From contig CAZPDS010000001.1 of NCBI GenBank assembly GCA_964585485.1, positions 19,177 through 83,176 on the forward strand: DNA of 64,000 nucleotides, given 5' to 3'. How positions within the stretch are numbered: the stretch's first letter is position 1; each line of letters begins with the position of its first letter. Below are positions 17,237 through 26,350 of the stretch, piece after piece. The DNA comes from an uncultured Bacteroidales bacterium. Its GTDB lineage: Bacteria; Bacteroidota; Bacteroidia; Bacteroidales; CAIWKO01. Below the pieces are notes generated by a model. The model saw only the letters and a list, made by a program, of their open reading frames with translations, had not been told where the DNA came from and made no database searches. Both the position numbers and the translations under genes were made by a program.

Positions 17237-19077
17237 TATTCCATTAAAGTAAAGGCATCCACCCGCAAATCATCCATGTAAAACGTCATTTTTGAGCGAT
17301 TCCAAACGTAAATCACGATCTCATCCTCCCGGCTTCGAACCGCTGGGGTTTGATAAAAATATTCAATTTTATGCCAGACCCCCGGGGTTTTGTCGGTGAC
17401 ATCATAGGTCCTGTATTTATAATTTCCGCCTTCATGAAGAGTGCTGATCACCAGCAAGGGCGTTTCAGAACGAACCGTATCGGGAAAATAGATCCAAACA
17501 CTGGCTTTAAGCCAGGCGTGATCCTTCGTAGTGATACCCCCAAAGGTAGTTTTAAGAGCCGGTGAAAATTCCAATTCTTCATTCATCCGCAGACTAAAAT
17601 ACGGGGTATGCGCGGTATCTTTCGAATAATATTTATCGAATCCGGGGTACATCACATCTTCAAAATCATATAAACCGATGTTGCGACATTGGTAACGCTC
17701 GGGGTGCTTAAACTCATCCAGCCACAAAACGGAACGCTCTACCAAAAGGTCCGCCTCAGCCTCCGGATCAAGGGAGGTTCGCCCAAAAACCCGAAAGTAG
17801 TACTTCATCGTCATTCGGTCGCTGTGCAGTATATAATGCTGGTATTGCCAGGTTTGAAAGAGGTTGAGAACCACAAGAAAGAACACCAGCAAGAGGGCGC
17901 TCACCTTCCGCCACTTTTTAGCGAACACGAATTCGAAAAAGTAGCCCATCGCCACGGCGAGCGGGACATACAGCACAATACCCGGCCGGCAGCTAAAGCC
18001 ACCGCCGTACCACCATTCGGTCCAGGAAGCGATAATGTAAAAACTGATCAAAAAATAGGAAAATAGCGGCCAGAAAAGATCCCTGCGTTTGCGATACATC
18101 ATGATAAAACCCAGCATTCCGGTGGCCACCAGGGGCGTGTAAATCAACCAGCCTTTGCGGAAACTAAAGAGAATATCCACGATGTGCGGATGGGTCAGAT
18201 CGAGCCCTATACCGGGATTGTTATAGCTATCGAAAATCCAGGAACCGGCTTCATTTTTCCAGTACCAAAGTTGAGGAAAAAGGACTATCAAAGCCGCCAG
18301 CATAAGCGCCACAACATGCCCATAATGCCGACCCACAAGTCTCCATTTTTCTTTAAAGCTTCCCTTGACCGGCCATAAAAGCGGGATCAGCACACAGAAA
18401 ATTTCGCTGGGTTTGATCAAGGCAATCAAGGCACAGATGGCCCCTATCAACAGGGCGGACCAGAGCCGGGGCTGTTCGTGCCAACGTATTGTAAACCAAA
18501 CCAATGCAGCCACCAAAGTAAACAAGTAATTGGCCGTGGCTGCTCCGCCGATCGAGGTAAAATACAAGTAATTGGTTCCTATGCCCACGATCGCCAATAC
18601 AAGCGCCACCAGCTCGTCGCGAAAAAACGTACGCAATACTTTCCAGAGAAAAAACAGACCCGCCGAGGCGTATACGACGGATCCGTAGGCGATCGCATAT
18701 TGGTAAGGCATCGAAAAACCATCCGCGGGATAGCCCCCGAGTTGCGCCCAAACATGCCCAATCAGGAAGAAGGGAAAATACATAATACCCATACCAAAAA
18801 GAAACCAGTACATCCAGGTTCCGTTCGGTCCTACGTAGGCCTGGTAGAGGGTTCCGGGCATCTCGTATTGTTGCATGACCTGCTGCACCCAGCCGATATT
18901 ATCGAGCCAGACATCATCGTGCACAAACTTCGCCGGAAGGCAGAGATAATAACCAAAAACATCCCAGGTAAGGGTTCCTGTGGCGGGCACCAGCAGACGA
19001 ACCGTCCAGATCACCAGCAACAGGATAATGAGCACCAGCAGGGAGAATTTCTTCCCCTGCCCTTTTTCATTCAGCAT
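17236..19077 (-). CDS. Polytopic membrane protein, GT-C-fold (ArnT/PMT-like) glycosyltransferase candidate with C-terminal beta-rich domain
   Basis: 613 aa with ~12 hydrophobic helices. The first loop WDVFGYYLCLPAKFVHDD resembles the acidic first-loop motif of GT-C enzymes. A soluble C-terminal ~190 aa follows. The family call is tentative. Confidence 0.6.
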   Translation of the reverse strand: MLNEKGQGKKFSLLVLIILLLVIWTVRLLVPATGTLTWDVFGYYLCLPAKFVHDDVWLDNIGWVQQVMQQYEMPGTLYQAYVGPNGTWMYWFLFGMGIMYFPFFLIGHVWAQLGGYPADGFSMPYQYAIAYGSVVYASAGLFFLWKVLRTFFRDELVALVLAIVGIGTNYLYFTSIGGAATANYLFTLVAALVWFTIRWHEQPRLWSALLIGAICALIALIKPSEIFCVLIPLLWPVKGSFKEKWRLVGRHYGHVVALMLAALIVLFPQLWYWKNEAGSWIFDSYNNPGIGLDLTHPHIVDILFSFRKGWLIYTPLVATGMLGFIMMYRKRRDLFWPLFSYFLISFYIIASWTEWWYGGGFSCRPGIVLYVPLAVAMGYFFEFVFAKKWRKVSALLLVFFLVVLNLFQTWQYQHYILHSDRMTMKYYFRVFGRTSLDPEAEADLLVERSVLWLDEFKHPERYQCRNIGLYDFEDVMYPGFDKYYSKDTAHTPYFSLRMNEELEFSPALKTTFGGITTKDHAWLKASVWIYFPDTVRSETPLLVISTLHEGGNYKYRTYDVTDKTPGVWHKIEYFYQTPAVRSREDEIVIYVWNRSKMTFYMDDLRVDAFTLME

Positions 19078-19093
19078 AAACGGATGATTATAT

Positions 19094-19537
19094 TCAGAAC
19101 AAAGATAGATAATAATCCTCTTTGGCTGTCATTTCGGCTTTTTGCGCCTTGTTGCTGTCGTTGTACCCACACAGGTGCAAGGCTCCGTGCAGGATCACCC
19201 GGCGCAGTTCGCGGCCGGCCGTAACACCGTAATCCTTCGCGTTTTCCCGAACGCGATCGAGGCTGATGTACACTTCGCCGATAACGGCCCGCTCCTTGTC
19301 AGACAAGGACTGGTCGGAATAATCAAAGGTGATAACATCGGTAAAATAATCGTGCTGCAGATAAGCCTGATTAAGTTCCAGTAAATAGGCATCGGAGCTC
19401 AAAATAAAGTCGAGCCGCTGCAGATTTTTGGATTCCTGTTTAAATAATTTCCATAGTACAAGCTTCACGTCTGAACTATCCGGCAGGCGAAAATTCACAA
19501 GGTGGTAATGGAAATATACCGGAACCGTTAACGCCAT
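19094..19537 (-). CDS. ybeY: rRNA maturation endoribonuclease YbeY
   Basis: ORF 19094..19666 trimmed to MALTVPVYFHY (ATG 19535-19537; the longer form would overlap the upstream gene). Zinc motif HGALHLCGYND. Confidence 0.9.
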   Translation of the reverse strand: MALTVPVYFHYHLVNFRLPDSSDVKLVLWKLFKQESKNLQRLDFILSSDAYLLELNQAYLQHDYFTDVITFDYSDQSLSDKERAVIGEVYISLDRVRENAKDYGVTAGRELRRVILHGALHLCGYNDSNKAQKAEMTAKEDYYLSLF

Positions 19538-19541
19538 AAGG

Positions 19542-20036
19542 TCAGGCCTTTTTAGTTTTTTCGGTTTTGCCCGCCGTAATAAAATCGTTGAGTAATTTGC
19601 GGCGCCCAACGGCCATTTGCTGATTGATACTGGCGATGGAAAATAAAATGCGAATGCAGCGCCCATGATCTGAAAAACTCACCTCATCGGCCAGGGAACG
19701 GATTAAAAACAAGCCGGTCCCTTTGCCTTCCGGATTTCCTTCCACATCCGTTGCGTCCGGAATGTTGGAGACGTCAAAACCCTTGCCTTCGTCGTGTACT
19801 TCAAATAAAAAACCTTTCGGACGCGACTCGAAACTGACCCGAATCGGCCTTGAGGCCACCGAGCCATTTCCGTGTATCATTGCATTTTCAAACGCTTCAG
19901 TAAGGGCCACCAGGATATTACCGAAATAGCTGTTGTTAATATTATATTCATCACACAACTCTTCAGTAAATTTTTCCAGACGGTGAATTTCAGAAGGTAC
20001 AGACTTCAGTTGCAGGCTACGTTTTTTCATGTGCAA
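19542..20036 (-). CDS. RsbW/SpoIIAB-like HATPase_c_2 protein (anti-sigma-factor-type Ser kinase fold)
   Basis: 164 aa. N-box EAFENAMIHGN, G1 DEGKGFD, G2 GTGLFLIRSLADEV. No STAS or sigma gene is nearby. Confidence 0.75.
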   Translation of the reverse strand: MHMKKRSLQLKSVPSEIHRLEKFTEELCDEYNINNSYFGNILVALTEAFENAMIHGNGSVASRPIRVSFESRPKGFLFEVHDEGKGFDVSNIPDATDVEGNPEGKGTGLFLIRSLADEVSFSDHGRCIRILFSIASINQQMAVGRRKLLNDFITAGKTEKTKKA

Positions 20037-20041
20037 AGCGC

Positions 20042-23000
20042 TTACTCAACAAAATTATAAAAATACTCGTTCACTTTTTGTTTATAAAAAGAATTCAGGG
20101 CGGGCGGTACGGTTTTTAAAAGCTCTTTTCCGTCCTGTTTCTGCTTCTTATACTTAAAAAACTCGCCAGGGTTACTATAATCATAATTTTTTGCTTCATC
20201 AGAGGCACGTTTTTCATCTAACTCTCTCTCTTTCTCGGCTTTCTCCGACTCCAGCAGACGTGTTAAAATATCCTGCTGCCGCTTTAGCGTTTCATTGGAA
20301 ATCATTTTGTTCACTAAATCCTGCTCGGTTTTTTCCATGTCTTTCATCATATCGGAAATTTCCTTGCTGTTTTTTCCACCGCCGCGCTTATCTTCTTCGC
20401 CATATTCCTGCAGCATTTGTCGCAAAGCTTCCTGCTGCGCTGCCAGCCGGGCCAGTTGTTCGCTCATGCTTTGCTGTCCCTGTCCCGTTTTGCCCGGGTT
20501 TTTCCCCTCCATTTGCTCTTTGAGCTGCTGCATTTGTTTGTTCAGCTGGTCCTGCAATTTGCGCATACTACTGGCGCTGGGCTTCGAAGATCCGGGCTTT
20601 TGGCACTGCCCTGATTTACAATTGCTTTTGTTTTGCTGTGATTGTTGCATTTGCTCCTGCATTTGCTGAAGAATCTCGGCCAACATCAGCGCCAGGTCAT
20701 TCACCGACGTCATAACGTACTGTTGATAGGTGGCCGTTGCCGGCGAAGTCCGATTGTGCAGCGATTCCAGGGTTCTGTCCAGGTTGGTTCGGATGTCGCT
20801 CATCTCGCGGTTCACATACGATTCTATCATGGGTTGCCGGCGACTCAGCGCGTACAGGGAATCCCCGATCATGGAAACATGATCTTTGATGTCTTTTTGC
20901 TGCGCCATCATACGCACGTAGCGCGGATCCGATACAGAGGTGTTCTTCAGCTCATTCATCAGGTCTTCCTGCGAAAAAGAAACCCTGACGAGGTTTTCCA
21001 GGATCTGCCGCAAGGCCTGGATGTCTTCCGCTTGTTGTTCCATCTCCATGTCCTGCTGCATTTTCTTCAAGTTTTCGGAGAGCTGCTTCATTTGCTCTGC
21101 GGCACTTTCCTGCGATTTGGAGGCATTGGATTTCTTTCCATCCTGCAACTGCTCGCTGCTCTGCTGCATCTGTTGCTGTATTTGCTGTTCCTGCTCATCC
21201 GTATCCGGCATTTTCTGTGGATTTTCCAGCGCACTGTTTTTCTGCTGAAGGGTATCCATCTCTTTGCGAAGTTCGTCGAACTGCTTGTTCAAGGCATCCT
21301 GCTTTTCTTTGATGTTCTTCGATTCCGTCTTGCTATTGCGCGATTCATCGGCCAGCTTCTTTTGCTCTTCGTGCAATTGATCAAGTTTATCGATGTTGTC
21401 CTGCAGCTTTTTATCAACTTCCAATTGCTTAAACAACTCCAGGTTGCGATCCAACTCTTTTTTAATGTCTTCGTTGGTCAGCTTCATCTGATCCAACGCC
21501 TTCTTCACATCGTCTTTGTTCAGTTTATCCATCATTTCCTGCAACTTCCTAAACAACTCCTTCATTTCATCGGTCATGATTTCGTCAAAGAGTTTTTCCA
21601 ACTGTTTTTGCTTTTCCAGGATTTCCGGATCCACTTGCTTGTACTCCTGTTCGCGAATATTATTTTGCTGATTTTCCAGCTTTAACTGATCGATCTGTTG
21701 CTGCAGTTCCTGCTGCTTGTCCATCAAGCCCTGAATCTGCTTTTTTTCCTGGTAACTCAGGGTTTTTTTCTCCGTAAGTTTTCGGTCTACCTTGTCGATT
21801 TCGCGCTGCAATTGCTGCGCCTGGCGAATAGCCTCCTCCATATCTTGCCGGATTTGCTCGTTGGAGCGCTCGGTCTGCGCCTCCAGTTCGTCCGCCGTTG
21901 GCGCCTTAAACACCCGGTGCTGCGAGCGGGTGGATTTGTGCCCGTTGACCCCGTCATTATCCCAAACCTCGAAAAAATATTCGACCTCATCCCCCGCCGA
22001 CAGCCCGAGTTCACCAAGGTCTAAAAAGTAATAGAAGGTTTGCTGTGTAAGACCGGGCTGGAAGGGAACACTACGAATACCGGCCGTGTCCCCGGCATCG
22101 TTCTCTTCGCCTGATTTTCGCAAAATATACTTAAACTGCAATGCGCTGACTCCGTAATCATCGTGGATATCCCCCGAAAAATAAAGCCGCTTGTCGTACA
22201 CCGAATCCTTAAACTGTTCCACGGTAATGCCGGGGTACTGATCGGCCATCACGCTGATCATATACTGCATAGAATCGCGGTTCGCGAAATGATCGTTTTT
22301 CGTTTTCACGGAATAATTCATCGACTGGCGGCACACCATAGTGTAAGAAAACAAGCCTCCCGCCAGGGGTGTGAGTTCCGCGGTTTTCCCAGGAAATCGG
22401 AACTGCACCCAACGGGTATCACGCGTTTTCAAACGCCAGTTGACCTGGGTGCCTTCGGGCACGATAATATCGCCGGAATTCTGCAATACCTCATCCTTCT
22501 TTTGCAGATAAGCCGGGTAATGAAGCAACATTTCAAAGTTGAGTACCTGGGGCCGGGCCACCACCCGCAATGTATACAATTGTGATTTAAAGCCCTCTGC
22601 TTCGAAAAAAAAGTCAATATTTTGCTGCGGATTCTTAAACAAATAATGAAAAAGGGCGGTGTTTTCCCTTTCTAATTTATACTTGTAATCATTGATTACA
22701 ATTGTAACTTCGGCGGGAACTTCCTCGCCATTTAATTTTACATCGAGCTGATAATCTTCCTGTTGCACGGCATCAAGGGAGGCGTTCAGGATTTCAAATG
22801 TAAACGGAGCGGGGCGTTCGTACACCGAACTAAAATCGACCAGGCGTTTTGAGGGGCCGGTAATAACATTGGGAGCGGTAAGCAGCAAAATAATTAACAC
22901 AAAAACCGGCGGCAATGCGTACTTCAGGTATTTGCGATTACTGCGAAAATCAATGGCGCGGGTGAAAGGCACCGGGCTGATTTTTCGGATTTTCTGATCG

Positions 23001-23398
23001 ATGGCCGCTTCCAGCAAGGCGCTTGCCCCATCGGTTTCCGCGGATATCCGTTGCAGTTGAAGCACGTTGGTCAGGGTATCCCTGACCTCGCCAAAATGCG
23101 TCCCAATAATAGCGGCGGCCTGGGTATAGCTCAAACGCTTCCCCATCCGCATCAGCGAAAGCAAGGGAATACCCACAAAGCGAAACAGAATAAACGTGTT
23201 GATGATGATGTACGACCAAAATAAAACCGTGCGTACACCGCTCGAAAACCACGCCAGGTATTCCAATACCGTTGCCAGCAGATAAAAGCTAAGCAAGGCC
23301 GTAATCGTGTACAGCAAGCCCTGCAACATCCGGTTTTTATAGTATTTCCGGATAAACTCCTCCAGTTTGCCGATCAGCGAGCTATAGCTTGAACTCAT
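20042..23398 (-). CDS. Large membrane-anchored Gln/Glu/Lys-rich coiled-coil protein (DUF4175-like)
   Basis: 1118 aa. N-terminal TM helices (LLYTITALLSFYLLATVLEYLAWF, VLFWSYIIINTFILF), a beta-rich middle, and ~450 aa of Q/E/K-rich heptad sequence. The overall layout is what I recall for Bacteroidota DUF4175 proteins. Confidence 0.7.
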   Translation of the reverse strand: MSSSYSSLIGKLEEFIRKYYKNRMLQGLLYTITALLSFYLLATVLEYLAWFSSGVRTVLFWSYIIINTFILFRFVGIPLLSLMRMGKRLSYTQAAAIIGTHFGEVRDTLTNVLQLQRISAETDGASALLEAAIDQKIRKISPVPFTRAIDFRSNRKYLKYALPPVFVLIILLLTAPNVITGPSKRLVDFSSVYERPAPFTFEILNASLDAVQQEDYQLDVKLNGEEVPAEVTIVINDYKYKLERENTALFHYLFKNPQQNIDFFFEAEGFKSQLYTLRVVARPQVLNFEMLLHYPAYLQKKDEVLQNSGDIIVPEGTQVNWRLKTRDTRWVQFRFPGKTAELTPLAGGLFSYTMVCRQSMNYSVKTKNDHFANRDSMQYMISVMADQYPGITVEQFKDSVYDKRLYFSGDIHDDYGVSALQFKYILRKSGEENDAGDTAGIRSVPFQPGLTQQTFYYFLDLGELGLSAGDEVEYFFEVWDNDGVNGHKSTRSQHRVFKAPTADELEAQTERSNEQIRQDMEEAIRQAQQLQREIDKVDRKLTEKKTLSYQEKKQIQGLMDKQQELQQQIDQLKLENQQNNIREQEYKQVDPEILEKQKQLEKLFDEIMTDEMKELFRKLQEMMDKLNKDDVKKALDQMKLTNEDIKKELDRNLELFKQLEVDKKLQDNIDKLDQLHEEQKKLADESRNSKTESKNIKEKQDALNKQFDELRKEMDTLQQKNSALENPQKMPDTDEQEQQIQQQMQQSSEQLQDGKKSNASKSQESAAEQMKQLSENLKKMQQDMEMEQQAEDIQALRQILENLVRVSFSQEDLMNELKNTSVSDPRYVRMMAQQKDIKDHVSMIGDSLYALSRRQPMIESYVNREMSDIRTNLDRTLESLHNRTSPATATYQQYVMTSVNDLALMLAEILQQMQEQMQQSQQNKSNCKSGQCQKPGSSKPSASSMRKLQDQLNKQMQQLKEQMEGKNPGKTGQGQQSMSEQLARLAAQQEALRQMLQEYGEEDKRGGGKNSKEISDMMKDMEKTEQDLVNKMISNETLKRQQDILTRLLESEKAEKERELDEKRASDEAKNYDYSNPGEFFKYKKQKQDGKELLKTVPPALNSFYKQKVNEYFYNFVE

Positions 23399-23439
23399 AA
23401 CATTTGGTTAAACACTTTTAAACGCAAGCGTTTATTCGA

Positions 23440-23455
23440 TATTTTTGTATGTTTG
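23440..23455 (+). promoter_or_regulatory. Two overlapping candidate -7 boxes (TATTTTTG, TATGTTTG) upstream of the M1 peptidase
   Basis: TAnnTTTG matches at 23440-23447 and 23448-23455. They lie in the divergent intergenic region, about 60 nt upstream of the ATG at 23514. Confidence 0.4.
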
Positions 23456-23513
23456 CAAAATTACAAAATTTAGAGCGGTTCTCTACATTCATTCACACAC
23501 TTTTACAGCCCCT

Positions 23514-25460
23514 ATGCGAAAAATCATCCTCCTCTCCTTCCTGATCTGCGCACTGTTCAGCGCCGGCGCTCAAACCCTGCAGCCTGAGTCCTCACGTTTC
23601 AACGAAGGTCCCGATGCGTGGAAAAAACTTTCCTTTTCGGGATACAAACAGAGTGCACAGATGAACGATTACGACGTTCGCTTTTACTTCCTCGACATTG
23701 CCCTGGAAAACAACAGCACCTATATTGCAGGAAATGTGCTGGTGCAGGCCAGCGTTACCGCTCCGCTCGATACTTTCGCCTTGGAACTGATCAACGGCCT
23801 GTCGGTCGATTCTGTATTTGTTAACGGAACCGAACGGACGTTCGTTCACCAGAACGATCATATTTACATCCTCCTCCCCTCGCCCCTGGCCGCAGGAACC
23901 ACCGTAAGCACCCGGGTCTATTACCACGGTACGCCCTCTAGCAGCGGATTCTTTTCCGGCATCACCAGCGATAGCAGCCCAAGCTGGGGAAACCAGGCCA
24001 CCTGGACCCTCTCCGAGCCATTTAACGCCAATCAGTGGTGGCCCTGCAAACAGGTACTTACCGATAAAGCCGATTCCAGCTGGGTATTCATCACCACCAG
24101 CAGCACCAATAAAGCCGGATCCAACGGCATGTTGGTAAATACGGTGAACCTTGGTAACGGAAAAACACGCTACGAATGGAAAAGCAGAAACAACATCGAT
24201 TACTACCTGATCTCCGTCTCTGTGGCGGAATATGTAGAATATAACATCTGGGCCCACCCCGCCGGTACCAGCGATTCCCTGCTCATTCAAAACTATGTTT
24301 ATGACAATCCGGCCTGTTTGCCCAATTTTCAAGACGAAATCGACCTGACCGATGATTTTATTGAACTGTATTCGCAGCAATTCGGCCTCTACCCTTTCAT
24401 GAACGAAAAATACGGCCATTGCATGGCCCCTATGGGCGGCGGCATGGAGCACCAAACCATGACCACCCTGGGTTTCTTTGAATTTTACCTGATCTGCCAT
24501 GAGCTTGCCCATCAATGGTTCGGCGATAATGTCACCTGCGCCTCCTGGCAGGATATCTGGGTTAACGAAGGCTTCGCCTCTTACGCCGAGTACCTGGCGG
24601 CCGACGCCCTCATTAGCCACACCGAAGCCCAGGCCCACATGGCTGATGTGCACAGCAACGTGAAAAGCCAACCCGACGGTAGTGTTTTTGTTCCGGCTTC
24701 CGGCCTGAACGACGAAAACCGAATTTTCGACGGCCGCCTGTCGTACGATAAAGGCTCCGCTATCATCCACATGATCCGCTTTGAAATGCAAAACGACAGC
24801 CTGTTTTTTAAAACCCTGCGGGATTTCCAGACCATCTACGGCGACGGTACCGCCACCGGCGATGATTTCCGACAGGTCTGCGAGGATGTCTCCGGAAAAA
24901 GTTTTACCAACTTCTTCAACCAATGGTATTACGGCGAAGGCTATCCCACCTACCAGATTGTATGGCGTCAGGAAAACGATACCGTACATGTAACCGCCAC
25001 CCAAACCACCTCAACGTCAATTACCCCCTTCTTCAATATGTTGATGGAACTAAGACTGATTTACAGCGGAGGGGACACCACGATTCGTTGGCAACAAGAC
25101 GCCCCGGTGGTGAGCTTCAAAATCCCGATGAACAAAACCATAAGTTTGCTGAAAGTTGACCCCAACAATTGGGTTGTTGACGGTGCCGCTTCAGTTACGG
25201 TTTCCGTGGCCGAACATGACACGCCGGCGTTCTGCACCCTGGCCCCCAACCCCTGTTCCGACCGGCTGATGATCGGTTTCCCGGAAGCACCAGCCCCTGG
25301 AACACAAATCAGCCTCTGCGACCTGACCGGACGGATTCTACTCGAAATCAGCGCCGAACAATTCAATCAACTCAATGTTTCGAACCTGGCCCAGGGCGTG
25401 TACCTGTTGAAATCAGTATCGGGCAACGATACCTTTATCCAGAAATTTCTGAAACAATAA
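23514..25460 (+). CDS. M1-family zinc metallopeptidase (aminopeptidase N-like) with T9SS C-terminal sorting domain
   Basis: ORF 23445..25460 trimmed to MRKIILLSFLICALFSAGAQ. HELAH at 24498-24512 followed by WVNEGFASY (HEXXH-18-E). The C-terminal ~75 aa (APNPCSDRLMIGF...GVYLLKSVSGNDTFIQKFLKQ) fit the type-A T9SS CTD pattern. Confidence 0.9.
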   Translation: MRKIILLSFLICALFSAGAQTLQPESSRFNEGPDAWKKLSFSGYKQSAQMNDYDVRFYFLDIALENNSTYIAGNVLVQASVTAPLDTFALELINGLSVDSVFVNGTERTFVHQNDHIYILLPSPLAAGTTVSTRVYYHGTPSSSGFFSGITSDSSPSWGNQATWTLSEPFNANQWWPCKQVLTDKADSSWVFITTSSTNKAGSNGMLVNTVNLGNGKTRYEWKSRNNIDYYLISVSVAEYVEYNIWAHPAGTSDSLLIQNYVYDNPACLPNFQDEIDLTDDFIELYSQQFGLYPFMNEKYGHCMAPMGGGMEHQTMTTLGFFEFYLICHELAHQWFGDNVTCASWQDIWVNEGFASYAEYLAADALISHTEAQAHMADVHSNVKSQPDGSVFVPASGLNDENRIFDGRLSYDKGSAIIHMIRFEMQNDSLFFKTLRDFQTIYGDGTATGDDFRQVCEDVSGKSFTNFFNQWYYGEGYPTYQIVWRQENDTVHVTATQTTSTSITPFFNMLMELRLIYSGGDTTIRWQQDAPVVSFKIPMNKTISLLKVDPNNWVVDGAASVTVSVAEHDTPAFCTLAPNPCSDRLMIGFPEAPAPGTQISLCDLTGRILLEISAEQFNQLNVSNLAQGVYLLKSVSGNDTFIQKFLKQ

Positions 25461-25461
25461 C

Positions 25462-26340
25462 TCAGGCAATCGCCTGAAAAACCAGTGTAAGACCGCCTTC
25501 TTCGTCACTTCGGAGACGAAGAAGGCTGGTGTTATCGGTACGCACCAGACGAAACACATCGCTGCCCTCCACCTGGTTCTGGAAGACGTATCCGTAATCC
25601 CGGATAATTTTAATGATGCGTAGCCGAAAACCGGCCGGATCTGCCATGGCCTCCGCGGGTACCGAGAGACTCCAGATGTAATAGCGATCCCAGCTTCCAC
25701 CATAGGATATCTGACGAAAAGCCACCTTGTCGAGCAGCTTTGTCAGCGACAGCGGCAGCCCATTAATCAACAGAGCCGGGTAGGCTTTCATTATTTCTTT
25801 CACCGTTATCAGCGCATTGCTCCCCGGGAAGCGAATGGATAAACACAAGCGTGCTGTACTTAGGCGTTCATGGCGTTCGATCTCACGTAAGTGAAAAAGA
25901 ACCACCCGCGAACCGGTATTGAATTCAACCCCCCATTCGGTTGGAGATCCCAGCAAGACCGTGGCGTACTCTTTTTCACGCATGTAGTGCTGAGTAAGCA
26001 AAACCAGCGAATCGACGCTGCATGGAAACCCGATATCCATTAGTTCCCACCAGAAAACAAGACCGCTATCGGAGCACGCAACACCTTGTTCAAAGCGTAG
26101 CCTGGTGGGCTCCGCCATCACCAGAAAATCGCGCAATAAAGCAGGCGCCAACCGTCCTTCCGGATGTCGGAAATCACGCATAATCCGACCGTAACTCCCA
26201 TCCGCCGCAAGTTCCATCCAGCTCATTCGGGCCTGCAAGGAATCATTTCCGGCCGGCAACAAAGGTTCCGTCCTCGCATCTGCGGTGAAGAAAGCGCCGG
26301 TCAGCAGCCCTATAATCAGCCATTTTTTCACAGACAACAA
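25462..26340 (-). CDS. Hypothetical secreted protein (downstream partner of the serpin)
   Basis: 292 aa. Signal peptide MLSVKKWLIIGLLTGAFFTADA. Lies 10 nt downstream of the serpin stop. No recognisable motif. Confidence 0.6.
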   Translation of the reverse strand: MLSVKKWLIIGLLTGAFFTADARTEPLLPAGNDSLQARMSWMELAADGSYGRIMRDFRHPEGRLAPALLRDFLVMAEPTRLRFEQGVACSDSGLVFWWELMDIGFPCSVDSLVLLTQHYMREKEYATVLLGSPTEWGVEFNTGSRVVLFHLREIERHERLSTARLCLSIRFPGSNALITVKEIMKAYPALLINGLPLSLTKLLDKVAFRQISYGGSWDRYYIWSLSVPAEAMADPAGFRLRIIKIIRDYGYVFQNQVEGSDVFRLVRTDNTSLLRLRSDEEGGLTLVFQAIA

Positions 26341-26350
26341 GCAGATGGTA

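Noticed and set aside
19538-19666. Long N-terminal extensions of ybeY, with similar cases at 6703-6798, 7545-7586, 8659-8697, 23445-23513, 30742-30798, 33318-33359, 33930-33989, 35710-35757, 37802-37834, 38436-38483, 41275-41292, 41391-41501, 46198-46230, 59283-59312, 59614-59655 and 60768-60794
   Set aside because: In each case an internal ATG yields a canonical signal peptide or family-typical N-terminus and removes overlap with the upstream gene. The longest-ORF start is therefore unlikely.
20642-21685. 347-aa + strand ORF (plus several shorter ones from 20191 to 22585)
   Set aside because: It is antisense to the Q/E/K-rich coiled-coil region of the DUF4175-like gene. The Leu/Phe/Gln-rich low-complexity translation is the mirror image of GAA/CAG/AAG-rich sense codons.
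23592-25004. 470-aa ORF on the minus strand
   Set aside because: It is entirely antisense to the M1 peptidase, whose HEXXH-18-E motif and T9SS CTD make the + strand the real gene. Its translation is Gly/Val/Ala-rich with no motifs, as expected for a frame kept open by the sense-strand codon bias.
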